Of a stretch of DNA of 64,000 nt, positions 50,440-59,532 are shown in pieces (the first letter of the stretch is position 1; the number at the start of each line of letters is the position of its first letter). The notes under the pieces were generated by a model. It was not told the origin of the DNA, searched no databases, and saw only the letters and a list, made by a program, of their open reading frames with translations. The stretch spans positions 65,969 through 129,968 of the forward strand of contig CAJARJ010000002.1 in assembly GCA_903944345.1 (NCBI GenBank). The letters run 5' to 3'. A program made the position numbers and the translations under genes. Source of the stretch: Candidatus Omnitrophota bacterium. GTDB lineage: Bacteria > Omnitrophota > Gorgyraeia > Zapsychrales > Fredricksoniimonadaceae.

Positions 50440-52005
50440 CTAACGACGAAAAAGTTTCAGCATCTGTCCGGCTTGTTCAAAGCCCATCGCGCGCGCGCAA
50501 AGAAAATAGGCAACAACAAAAAGACATACCGAAAACACGAGCCCGGCGACCTCCGGCAAAGAAGAAAAGAACGCCATTCCCGCGCAAGCCACAACCGCCG
50601 CCACGGCGGAACACAACAACACCCGGACAAAAAACGCAGCCGACACCAAAACAGGAGTAAGCAATCTTGCACGCAGAAACTTCCTTAACAGAAAAACATT
50701 CACAACAGAAGAAAAGGCCGAAGCCAGAGCCAGTCCCGACAGCCCCAGAGGAAACATTAAAACGACATCCAGCACCGCATTAACCCCCAGACAGATCAGG
50801 GCCACAATAACCGGTGTCCGCGTATCCTGCAAAGCATGAAAAGCCGATGCCAGAATCCGGCTTGCACCGTATCCGGTCAATGCCAGACTATAAAACAATA
50901 AAGCCGATGCGGTCTGGTATGTCGAATGAGCGTCAAAAGCGCCGCGTTCGAACAACACCCTCACCACCGAAACCGCAAAACATACCAGAAAAATACTGGC
51001 CGGCAGCATGACAAAAACAATATTCCGCAGCGCAAAAACCAGCGTTTTGTCAAACTCTTCTTTACGCCCGGCCGCGGCATGCGCCGAAAGCGAAGGTAAA
51101 GACGCTGTAGACAAGGCCACCGCAAACAACCCCATCGGCAACTGAACCAAACGAGTAGCATAATAAATCGCCGCGATGCCTCCCAATCCAACTACTGATC
51201 CCAAAGAAGCACAGACGGTATCCACAAAAACATTCAGCTGATAAACAGCGGATCCGGCAATACGCGGCACAATCAAACGCCCCACCCGGGAAGCGCCCTC
51301 ATTAAACATCTGGCGGGGAGGCACAATCCAAAGACCGACACGGCGCAGTGCCGCCTGCTGAAACAGATACTGGACCAAGCCTCCGGCCAGCACCCCGAAA
51401 GCCATTCCGTAAACCGGATTATCCGAAAAAAACACTATCGAAACAAAAATAGAAAAGATCAGAACAACGTTCATCAGCGCCGGACCCAGAGCCGGAGCAA
51501 AAAATGCCCCATAAGTAAACTGCACCGCCGAAAGCAAAGCGGTCAATCCGATCAGAATCAGATAAGGAAACATGATCCTGGTCAGCATGACTGTCAGCTC
51601 GAACTTACCCGGCGTGTCCGCAAAGCCGGGGGCGATACAACGAATCAGCTGCGGAGCAAAAAGCATCCCCGCGGCGGTAATGCCCGAAAGAATCACCAAT
51701 GCCCAAAAGAAACAGGCCCCAAGAAATTCCCCAACCTCTCCGGACTGTTTGTGCTTGTACTGCATCATAACCGGAACAAACGCCGAATTGGCCGCCCCCT
51801 CACCCATAATATCCCGAAAAAGATTGGGCAGGCGAAAAGCCGTCACAAATGCATCCGCTCCCACGCCGGTTCCAAAGAAACGTGCAAAAAGGATGTCCCG
51901 CACAAAACCCAGTATCCGGCTTAACAATGTGCCGGAAGTCAGAACCGACGTGGAACGGGCAATGCTGCCGGCCGAAAAACTGGGTATCTCTTTAACAGTT
52001 GACAT
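50440..52005 (-). CDS. murJ: Lipid II flippase MurJ
   Basis: SRILGFVRD, AFRLPNLFR, EGA, RLVQLPMG, DTRTP. Confidence 0.96.
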   Translation of the reverse strand: MSTVKEIPSFSAGSIARSTSVLTSGTLLSRILGFVRDILFARFFGTGVGADAFVTAFRLPNLFRDIMGEGAANSAFVPVMMQYKHKQSGEVGEFLGACFFWALVILSGITAAGMLFAPQLIRCIAPGFADTPGKFELTVMLTRIMFPYLILIGLTALLSAVQFTYGAFFAPALGPALMNVVLIFSIFVSIVFFSDNPVYGMAFGVLAGGLVQYLFQQAALRRVGLWIVPPRQMFNEGASRVGRLIVPRIAGSAVYQLNVFVDTVCASLGSVVGLGGIAAIYYATRLVQLPMGLFAVALSTASLPSLSAHAAAGRKEEFDKTLVFALRNIVFVMLPASIFLVCFAVSVVRVLFERGAFDAHSTYQTASALLFYSLALTGYGASRILASAFHALQDTRTPVIVALICLGVNAVLDVVLMFPLGLSGLALASAFSSVVNVFLLRKFLRARLLTPVLVSAAFFVRVLLCSAVAAVVACAGMAFFSSLPEVAGLVFSVCLFVVAYFLCARAMGFEQAGQMLKLFRR

Positions 52006-52027
52006 ATAAAATAGGGTTTGTTATACT
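51999..52027 (+). promoter_or_regulatory. Sigma70 promoter of rpsT
   Basis: TTGACA-N17-TATACT with an extended -10 TG. Confidence 0.8.
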
Positions 52028-52095
52028 TTCGCCTTATCGTGCTATCGGGCCGTTCACAGTGAACGCCCCGCGTCCAATAACAAGGAGTTGCTCAA

Positions 52096-52359
52096 GTGCC
52101 TCAACGTAAATGTTCTGTCAAATCGCTCAAACAAAGCCAGAAGCGTCGTCTGCATAATCTTGATATCAAGACCGCGCTCAGAAAAACCGTCAAAGAATAC
52201 GTAGAAACCACCAAGACCGATCCCGCCAAAGCGGTTGGATTGCTTTCTTTGGCCTACAAAAAGATTGATAAAGCTGCCAAGCGTAATGTTCTGCACAAGA
52301 ACACGGCTTCTCGCCGTAAAGCTTCCCTTGCTAAGCTTTTAAAAGCGACCAAAGCTTGA
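52096..52359 (+). CDS. rpsT: 30S ribosomal protein S20
   Basis: IDKAAKRNVLHKNTASRRKA; AAGGAG RBS; convergent with holA (29 nt overlap). Confidence 0.96.
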   Translation: MPQRKCSVKSLKQSQKRRLHNLDIKTALRKTVKEYVETTKTDPAKAVGLLSLAYKKIDKAAKRNVLHKNTASRRKASLAKLLKATKA

Positions 52360-52996
52360 CCACTGCAACTTCCAGCGCCTGTTCGCGTTGAACAAACCGG
52401 CTGTGCTTTAAAGCTTCGTCGGCCTCCTGCAAAATCAGGAGGCCTTTTTTATATTTGTCAGCGGAAACCCGGCCCTGAACACGATTACCCCAGTACCAGA
52501 CTACTCCACCCAAAAGCTGCTCTGCGGAATCGCCCCGGTCAAAAAGTTCCTTGAGAATCTTGAGGGCCGATACCGCACTTCTCCCCAGCAATTCATCCAT
52601 CATCTGAAAAATGGTTAAAAGCGGCTTCTCTGCGGCACTGATTACCTGCAGTTTTTTACGCAGAGACTTGCGGGGTTCTGCGCGCCCGTCCCAGGAAACG
52701 GCATCAAGCACCAAAACAGGATTCTCCGGCGTATCCTCAAGAAAGCGCATGACAAGCTCAAGATTTTCCTTGGAAAGTTTCTCGGCATTGCGTACCACCA
52801 CCAGCTTGCGCACCGACATGGCTGGAACCGAAGCCAGGGCAACCTTGAAGTCTTCCGCACTCAGCCCGAAAGCATCCAGCGTTTCCACGTCAAAACGGGC
52901 AGCGGTTTCATTCTCGAATAAGTTAGCCTTGAGCTGGGCAATCTTTTCCTGACGCCGCTCCAGTTCCAGTCCGATAAAAAGATAATGATTCGCCAT
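52331..52996 (-). CDS. holA: DNA polymerase III delta subunit-like protein (short)
   Basis: YLFIG, RKLVVVRNAEKL, ADEALK...LE; lptE-holA-rpsT synteny. Confidence 0.75.
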   Translation of the reverse strand: MANHYLFIGLELERRQEKIAQLKANLFENETAARFDVETLDAFGLSAEDFKVALASVPAMSVRKLVVVRNAEKLSKENLELVMRFLEDTPENPVLVLDAVSWDGRAEPRKSLRKKLQVISAAEKPLLTIFQMMDELLGRSAVSALKILKELFDRGDSAEQLLGGVVWYWGNRVQGRVSADKYKKGLLILQEADEALKHSRFVQREQALEVAVVKLWSLLKA

Positions 52997-53019
52997 TCTT
53001 CTTCTCCCCCGAAAGCAAT

Positions 53020-53048
53020 CAAGCCTTAAGCGGTCCGCTTAAGGCTTG
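53020..53048. repeat. Perfect 14-bp inverted repeat
   Basis: CAAGCCTTAAGCGG-T-CCGCTTAAGGCTTG. Confidence 0.85.
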
Positions 53049-53098
53049 TTCCGTCCGGTTTACAGATATATCGTGGCAATAACCAGGCAACACGCAGA

Positions 53099-53635
53099 TT
53101 ACCAGTCTTCAATCGTTCGCGCCACCACACGGCGGGCCACATCAACCAGAGCATCGGCAATGGCACTTTCCTCGGACTTGGCCAAAGCACCGGAAACATA
53201 ATACGTGGTGTCACCCGAAAAAGCCGGCTCCTGCCAGACCACCTTTTCATTGACCGGATCCCAGAGAGTCAATGCCAGAGTCACGGTCAAACGGTACTCC
53301 TTCACATCTTCATCATCGGTCAAGCGCAAATCTCCCCGTTCGAAGGAAAGCACCTGACCCTGCAAAACAAGATCAGCCCCCGCCTGGTCCGCGATTTTGA
53401 GATTGCCGTCAAAAATAAAGCGATCCACCACCGCATTGCGAATTTTGGTTTCCAGACCGGGAATATAAATCTTGCGCTGATCCTGGTTAAGGTAATCGAT
53501 ATTGTTGGCAAACGGCTGAACAAAGATAGTCTGATAACGGCTGGAAATAACCGAACCCGTTGTATAGGCACAACCGGGCAAAGAAAGAAGAAAACACCCA
53601 AGAAGCCCGGTCAACAGCGCGGGAAACGTTCTCAT
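53099..53635 (-). CDS. lptE: LptE family lipoprotein
   Basis: Lipobox LPGC, TIFVQPFAN, ADLVLQGQV, EYRL; lies between bamD and holA. Confidence 0.78.
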   Translation of the reverse strand: MRTFPALLTGLLGCFLLSLPGCAYTTGSVISSRYQTIFVQPFANNIDYLNQDQRKIYIPGLETKIRNAVVDRFIFDGNLKIADQAGADLVLQGQVLSFERGDLRLTDDEDVKEYRLTVTLALTLWDPVNEKVVWQEPAFSGDTTYYVSGALAKSEESAIADALVDVARRVVARTIEDW

Positions 53636-54591
53636 TTAACCTCCGTCGGGATTTCAGCCAGCAAGGCTCTGGCCTGGTCGGCCCAGGTTGTCTGGCCATA
53701 TTTCTGCAGAATCTGCTGACAATAAATACGTGCGGACGCATACTTCTTGTTCTTCATGTAATACTTGGCAACAACATACGCATTCTCCGCTTCTTTCTCG
53801 CTCAAAAGACGAATTTGTTCCCTGGCCTCCGCCGTCAACTCGGAATCCGGATTGGTCTTCACAAAATCCTCAAACCCGGCAACTGCCGCACTGGTGACCT
53901 GCTGATCATACTGCGGGGCTACCGAGCGCTTGGCGTCGGACACCGCAATCTGATAACGCGCAGGCTCGGCCCATTCGGAATCGGGATAATCATCCAGGGT
54001 TTTCTCAAACTCTTCACGCGCCAGCTGATGCTCTCCTCTGGCCTGGAAATAAAGAGCAATCTTGTATTGCGCCGAAGCCGCAAACTGCCCGTAAGGATCA
54101 TTTTTGATAACCTTGCGAAAAATTTCCACAACACGATGCTCGGTGCCCAGCAGCGTTTCAGCCAGCTTTCCATCACGGGCTTTGCCTTCCATTAAAGCAA
54201 TCGCCAGTGCATACTGACGCTCAACGGCCTTGGGGCCCAGCTCGCTAAAAGGATACTTGTCCAGAACCAGTTGATAAGCCTCCACCGCCACCGCATATTT
54301 GCCCAGGATTTCATAAACACGGCCAATGTCAAACTGCGCGTCGGCCGCTTCACGGGCTTTGGAATAATGCTTGATCAATTTTTTGAATTCCCGTAACGCC
54401 TCCGCATTCTGTCCGGCATCCAGGAAACTGCGGGCATACGCCAGCTGCTCTTTGGGAGAGTCCTTAACAGCATATTTGGGATTCATCCAGGTACCGCTCT
54501 CAGGAGTCCATATCCAGAACGCCTGCGCCGGAAGAGCCGGGATCAGCAGAAAAAAAGAAAACAACACGCTAACCAGAAGACGATATGACAT
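53632..54591 (-). CDS. bamD: Outer-membrane assembly factor BamD-like TPR protein
   Basis: Signal peptide, TPR repeats, YDQ, AENAYVVAKYY; start at ATG 54591. Confidence 0.8.
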   Translation of the reverse strand: MSYRLLVSVLFSFFLLIPALPAQAFWIWTPESGTWMNPKYAVKDSPKEQLAYARSFLDAGQNAEALREFKKLIKHYSKAREAADAQFDIGRVYEILGKYAVAVEAYQLVLDKYPFSELGPKAVERQYALAIALMEGKARDGKLAETLLGTEHRVVEIFRKVIKNDPYGQFAASAQYKIALYFQARGEHQLAREEFEKTLDDYPDSEWAEPARYQIAVSDAKRSVAPQYDQQVTSAAVAGFEDFVKTNPDSELTAEAREQIRLLSEKEAENAYVVAKYYMKNKKYASARIYCQQILQKYGQTTWADQARALLAEIPTEVK

Positions 54592-54677
54592 AGGAATGGC
54601 CGGTAAAGGTTGTGTGCTGATATATTCGTGGGTCAATCTAACACAGCCAGCCTGGTTTGTCAACGCAGTGCGCGGGC

Positions 54678-54713
54678 AAAAAAACACCCCTCTTCGGTAA
54701 CGAAAAAGAAGGT
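54678..54713 (-). terminator. Intrinsic terminator after paralog 4
   Basis: Minus strand ACCTTCTTTTTCG-TTAC-CGAAGAGGGGTG followed by T7. Confidence 0.65.
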
Positions 54714-54724
54714 AACGGCAGGAA

Positions 54725-56869
54725 TTATATTGATATCCCGGCAACCGGACGAATGGACAAAATGGTGGGCACAAAGCCGTCCACCTGCAGGCTTTCCAGA
54801 TCCTGTTGCGCCACCGGCAAAGGAACCCCCTTGCCGTCCCGGCGAATCTGCATGTCCCAGTTGGCAGAATTCAGATCAATACCACCAACGGCATCCTTGT
54901 TCTGCAAAGACGCAGCCTCGCTAACAGCCTGCCCCGCATCAATATTGGAGCGAGCCTGAACTGCAGTCAAAACCGCTCTGATATCCGAAGCGTCAAACCG
55001 AAACTCAGATAACTGCAAGCCGCGCCCGAACTGATCATCCGTAAGAACTCTATCTATATCCAAACCCGGGTCAAAATAAGCAACCCGATCATTGCTCTGG
55101 TCTGGCAACAATAGACCATGTCCAAGCAAGGCATCAAATATGTCCGGAGCCCTGTCCTTGAAGACCGCAACAAAATCCGCGGGGGTCACACGCACTTCAA
55201 AATCCGGTCTCTGCCTTTCAGCCCAGACGCGGGCCAAGGCTCTTAAAACATAGTTGACAACATTAACCTCATTGGCCGGATTCACCCGCGAACTCTGCTG
55301 CATCAAGATTGTCAGCAGACGCCTGATCGATGGCAGTTGCTTGACTTCATTCCAAAGACGCTCCAGCTGATTGATATCCTTAACATCGTCTGGATTCATC
55401 CTCACTTGCTTTGCCGAAAAGTCAAATGCCGGCAGCAACCGTCGCCACTCTTTGGTCATGATGGAAACGGACACATTAAAAGCCTCTATGTCTATAGGAC
55501 TTCTCTCGCCATCGGCTTGCGCGCTGCCTTCTTGCAATATCTGCTCTATCTCGGGAACATCTACCTCGTCTCGCCCCAGAATATCCGAAGCATCCAACCC
55601 AAGACTTTCCAACAATAGCGGCAAAACATACGACACCGGAGCCCCGTTCTGAGCGGCATCGGCGATATCGCCCATTCTCTTTGGTTCCAGAAGTGCTGCA
55701 GCAGAATCAAAAGCCGCGTCTTCCAGTTGCCGCGCGGCATCACGGGCCGCCAACGGCAAAGCGGCATAATCAGAAACAATTTGTAATTGGGCTGGATCCT
55801 GTCCGCGCGCCAACCCGCCGGAAAAATATTTACGGGGGATAAGTTCCTGCGAATACTGATCCACATCCTCCCGGATCATGTTAAAAACCCCCTTGCGAAA
55901 AGCCTCCATATATTGTTCCCAAATCATGCGATTGGCCGAACATTCTGCGCCCTTGCCGGAACAGTCAGACTGGTCAATCCCTGCCACCCGGGACTGATCG
56001 GCATAGACCCGCCCCAGAATAGATTCCTTGAGCGCCCGCTTGTACCAGGTGGCCAGAACCATAGCTGTACAAATCTGGCGCAGAACAGTAAAACTTTTTC
56101 CCTGGTTAACCTCGCGCTCTATTTCCGGAACAATAACATCCCGTAAAACTTCGGACGACAAACGGACAAACTCCTCGTCATCACCCACCGGACTGTTGAG
56201 CACGGGCGCGGCCTGTCCAGCCTGGCTCTTGTAGGCCAGATAATCTCTTTCGGTCATAACCCGCAGGCGCTGGGTCAGAAGATAGGCTGTTGTTCCTTTT
56301 TCGTAGACAACAGCCGTGTCCGGAATAATCCAGACCTTGTTAAAACTTTCCAGCGGCACATCCGCAGAACCAAATTTCTCATGCGCCCGGCGATAGAACT
56401 CACTCCAGTACTTTTTCCCCAGCTCGGTATCGGGATGCGTCAAGGAGGCCGCCAACTGTTTAAGCAGATAGTCCTGAGCCAGAAGGTCTCGCCCCATAGC
56501 TGTCAAACCAAACTGATCATCAACCAGCCGATCCCCCTCATAGGGCGAAAGGTTAACCCACTGATCGGTATCAGGAATAGTCAACGCCGTCAGGAAATAT
56601 TTGACCAACCGGGTATATTCTTCCTGTTTCTGATCCGGCGTCAGGGCTGCGTCTCCCTTACGAATAAGAAAATCAAATTTCAGGGCATTCATCGGATCAA
56701 TGGTTACGCCCTGCAAATAGGCCGGAGTGAAAGCCTCCGATGGGGGCAGCAGTGTTCCGGGTTCAGGCATAAGCTGCATAACAGATTGTGCCTGCGCCAG
56801 ACCGGTCGGCGGACGCACACAGCTCCAGCCAAATATAACCAATAAAAATATCGCAGTGACTCTTTTCAT
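54725..56869 (-). CDS. Modular exported protein, paralog 4 (conserved N-domain, ~240 aa unknown cargo, GGIDL tail)
   Basis: Signal peptide; WVNLSP, AQDYLLKQ, KVWIIP, PRKYFSGG; VGGIDLN...DGFVPTILSIRP. Confidence 0.85.
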   Translation of the reverse strand: MKRVTAIFLLVIFGWSCVRPPTGLAQAQSVMQLMPEPGTLLPPSEAFTPAYLQGVTIDPMNALKFDFLIRKGDAALTPDQKQEEYTRLVKYFLTALTIPDTDQWVNLSPYEGDRLVDDQFGLTAMGRDLLAQDYLLKQLAASLTHPDTELGKKYWSEFYRRAHEKFGSADVPLESFNKVWIIPDTAVVYEKGTTAYLLTQRLRVMTERDYLAYKSQAGQAAPVLNSPVGDDEEFVRLSSEVLRDVIVPEIEREVNQGKSFTVLRQICTAMVLATWYKRALKESILGRVYADQSRVAGIDQSDCSGKGAECSANRMIWEQYMEAFRKGVFNMIREDVDQYSQELIPRKYFSGGLARGQDPAQLQIVSDYAALPLAARDAARQLEDAAFDSAAALLEPKRMGDIADAAQNGAPVSYVLPLLLESLGLDASDILGRDEVDVPEIEQILQEGSAQADGERSPIDIEAFNVSVSIMTKEWRRLLPAFDFSAKQVRMNPDDVKDINQLERLWNEVKQLPSIRRLLTILMQQSSRVNPANEVNVVNYVLRALARVWAERQRPDFEVRVTPADFVAVFKDRAPDIFDALLGHGLLLPDQSNDRVAYFDPGLDIDRVLTDDQFGRGLQLSEFRFDASDIRAVLTAVQARSNIDAGQAVSEAASLQNKDAVGGIDLNSANWDMQIRRDGKGVPLPVAQQDLESLQVDGFVPTILSIRPVAGISI

Positions 56870-56958
56870 AACAACTCCCGGGATAATTGAAAAAACCTTA
56901 TCACACCACTAATAAGTATGGAACATTACCCGCCAAAAGGCAACCCGGCCGGCAAAAG

Positions 56959-57726
56959 CTAATTTGTTGACACGTATCTGTTTCTGACAAAACAAAGCCC
57001 CGCCACAAAAAGAATGTAATACCCGCACACAATGCCGGTGGAAACCTGCGGCAGCGCCCAGACGCCACCCGGGACCAGACTGAAAAACCAGGCAGCGGCT
57101 ACCAGAAGATTGAGCGCAATATGCAGACTCCCCGCCACGAGCTCTCCCAGCGGAGAAAAAAGACTTCCTGTCATAACCACTCCCACTCCCAGCGCAGTAA
57201 CCAGCGTGGCCAAAGGCACCACCGGCAAATTGGCCAGCAGTCCAACAGGGGTCAAGTTCCCGAAAACATACGCAGTAATCCCGGCCGATCCGGCCCAGGC
57301 CGCCAGGGAAACAATCAGGCCTTCTCTGAGCCAGCGCAGTAAAGATGAACCGCCTTCTGTCCCTACCCACGGCAGAAGAAACATTGGAGAAACAAGAACA
57401 ATAGAAAGGACACAAATAAAAGAGAGCTGAAATCCAACATCAAAAAGCTGACGCGGATCTGCCAATGCCATAGCCAGCAATGCAAACCCGACCGTATTGA
57501 GCATGTCCTGATCGCGCTCGATCACAAAAGCCAGCAAAAAAACCGTACTCATCCACGCAGCGCGTACCACCGGCGGTTCTCCTCCAACCATAAATGCGTA
57601 AAACCAGGCCAGCAGCAAAGACAAAACAAAACTTGCCCGGCGGCCAACCCTGAGCGCACCCAGAAGCATGACAAATATCGAAACCAGCAGCGTAATATTG
57701 AGCCCACTGATGGCCACAATATGGGT
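56959..57726 (-). pseudogene. comEC: 3' fragment of ComEC/Rec2 competence channel, interrupted by an integrative element
   Basis: Frame reads THIVAISGLN...PVVRAAWM...DVGFQLSF...LLANL; the N-terminal half is replaced by the recombinase. Confidence 0.88.
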
Positions 57727-59312
57727 CTTGGCAGGTCAATGCAGGGGAAAGAATCCTTGCTTTGGATGGATGCAACTGCTGGAAGGAAACAGTCAATGTC
57801 GATTTTACCGTCGATATTGACCTTTATTGAAGTATTCAGAAGCTGAAGCACAGCTTTTTTCTGCTGATATGTAAACTGCTTCATTCCCTCTTTGATTTTC
57901 TTGACATAATCAATCGCATTCTTTATCTCTTCTCTCTTATCTTCCTTATTCAATGACAATGTCAAGTCCTGCTTTGTTCTCTCAAGCGTCTCCCGATTCT
58001 TTCTTAATGAATCCATCTGCTCTCTTAACTGCTCAATTGTAATAATAGACTGCCTGTACGCTTCAAGAATCCTATGCTCTTCTTTATCCAAGCTGTCGAG
58101 AAGCATCGAAATCCTTGAAAGCTCTTTTTCAGCAGCTTCCCTGCCAAGTTTCTCGACATCCGGTTTGTTCCTAACAGCATGCTCAATCAAATCCGGGTTC
58201 TGAAATATCTTTACAACTTCGTTCCAGACTGAATCTTCAAGCTTTCTTGCCTGAACATATCTGAGCTTGCACTTCACAACCTTATCAAACCTGTTTTTTA
58301 CAAAGTGCGTGCACCGATAATACAGCATAAAATACGGGCCATACTTCTTGCCTTTCTTTACCGTCACCTGCTTATCTGCTGTCCCCGCAACAGTATTTCC
58401 GCAATCCCCGCATTTCACCATGCCTTGAAGAAGATAATCGTATTTTGCGTTTCGCTCTGAATAATTCCTCCTGTTTAAAAGAAGTTCCTGTGCGCGATAA
58501 AACTCTTCGTCAGAAACAATCCTCGGAACATCAACCAGAATCCAGTCCTTTGAGGGCTTAAGCCCTCCTGTCTTTGAGTCATGCTTATTCGCGTGCCATT
58601 TCCCAATATAGATTGAATCACGGAGAATGTCATGAACCGCATCCTCTCTCATCTCATGACCTTCTTTTGTCCTATAGCCAAGCTCTCTTAATTTTCTTGT
58701 GACCTTAAGGATTGAGAAATCAGGCTGGTTATAAAACTCAAAAGCTAACCTAACAACCTCTGCTTCTTTCTCATCAACAGTAATTTTCTTTGTCGCCTTA
58801 TCATATGAATACCCAAATCTTGCATTAGCAGAACCTGAATAATACCCTTCCTTCGCTCTCCTTAATTTCCCAAGCTTTGACCGTTCCATAAAAGTATTCC
58901 GCTCAAGTTCAGCAATCGAACCGAACAGCGATAGAACGAAATTTCCAAGATAAGTCGAGGTATCAAATGGCTCAGTGATTGAACGGATGCTGACGCTTGA
59001 TTTCTTTAGCTCATCGACTGTGTTTAGAAGATGCTTGTTGTTTCTGAAGAATCGGTCAACTCTGTAGACAAGGACAAGCTGAAACCTTCCTTCTCTTGAA
59101 TCTTCCATCAGTCTTTGAAACTGTGGTCTTTCAAAGCTCGTGCCTGAATAGCCGTCATCAATGTATTCGCCAAATACATCATACTTATTGTCTGCCGCAT
59201 GTTTTCTTAATAGCTCCATCTGGGAGGCAAGCGAGAAATTCGAAGTCTGCTCCTCTGTAGAGACACGGGCGTATAAAGCAACTTTTGTGATTTCCTTGTT
59301 CTCAGTCATCAC
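57549..59312 (-). CDS. Large serine recombinase (integrase)
   Basis: ALYARVSTEEQ catalytic Ser, SGTSFERPQFQRL, DRFFR, recombinase domain, CGDCG...YYRC Zn ribbon, coiled coil. Confidence 0.95.
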   Translation of the reverse strand: MMTENKEITKVALYARVSTEEQTSNFSLASQMELLRKHAADNKYDVFGEYIDDGYSGTSFERPQFQRLMEDSREGRFQLVLVYRVDRFFRNNKHLLNTVDELKKSSVSIRSITEPFDTSTYLGNFVLSLFGSIAELERNTFMERSKLGKLRRAKEGYYSGSANARFGYSYDKATKKITVDEKEAEVVRLAFEFYNQPDFSILKVTRKLRELGYRTKEGHEMREDAVHDILRDSIYIGKWHANKHDSKTGGLKPSKDWILVDVPRIVSDEEFYRAQELLLNRRNYSERNAKYDYLLQGMVKCGDCGNTVAGTADKQVTVKKGKKYGPYFMLYYRCTHFVKNRFDKVVKCKLRYVQARKLEDSVWNEVVKIFQNPDLIEHAVRNKPDVEKLGREAAEKELSRISMLLDSLDKEEHRILEAYRQSIITIEQLREQMDSLRKNRETLERTKQDLTLSLNKEDKREEIKNAIDYVKKIKEGMKQFTYQQKKAVLQLLNTSIKVNIDGKIDIDCFLPAVASIQSKDSFPCIDLPRPILWPSVGSILRCWFRYLSCFWVRSGLAAGQVLFCLCCWPGFTHLWLEENRRWYALRG

Positions 59313-59488
59313 TGCCTGCCTGTTAGTTTTTTAAGCTTCTTTAAGTCTTCTTCTGTCCAATACCGATAATTATTCATCGGGTCACGCTTTGCTTTAGGCA
59401 CTTTTCCGGCATTCTCCCAGTTGTAATACGTCCACCGGGTTATGCAAAGCTCGCGCTCAATGTCTTCAATATAGTATCGTTCTTCCAT
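59309..59488 (-). CDS. Small MerR-type HTH protein (candidate excisionase/RDF or regulator)
   Basis: ITRWTYYNWENAGKVP...RDPMNNYRYWTEEDL; stop overlaps the integrase start. Confidence 0.8.
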   Translation of the reverse strand: MEERYYIEDIERELCITRWTYYNWENAGKVPKAKRDPMNNYRYWTEEDLKKLKKLTGRQ

Positions 59489-59495
59489 ACCGTAT

Positions 59496-59524
59496 ACTTT
59501 ACTATAGTTTGTAATAGTAGTCAA
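59496..59524 (-). promoter_or_regulatory. Possible promoter giving a leaderless HTH-integrase transcript
   Basis: Minus strand TTGACT-N17-TAAAGT, 7 nt before ATG 59488; ACTATAGT palindrome at the spacer/-10 edge. Confidence 0.45.
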
Positions 59525-59532
59525 TCCATAGA

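Noticed and set aside
56909-57796. Alternative minus-strand ORFs 56909-57415 and 57440-57796
   Set aside because: Off-frame overlaps of the comEC fragment with no recognisable motifs.
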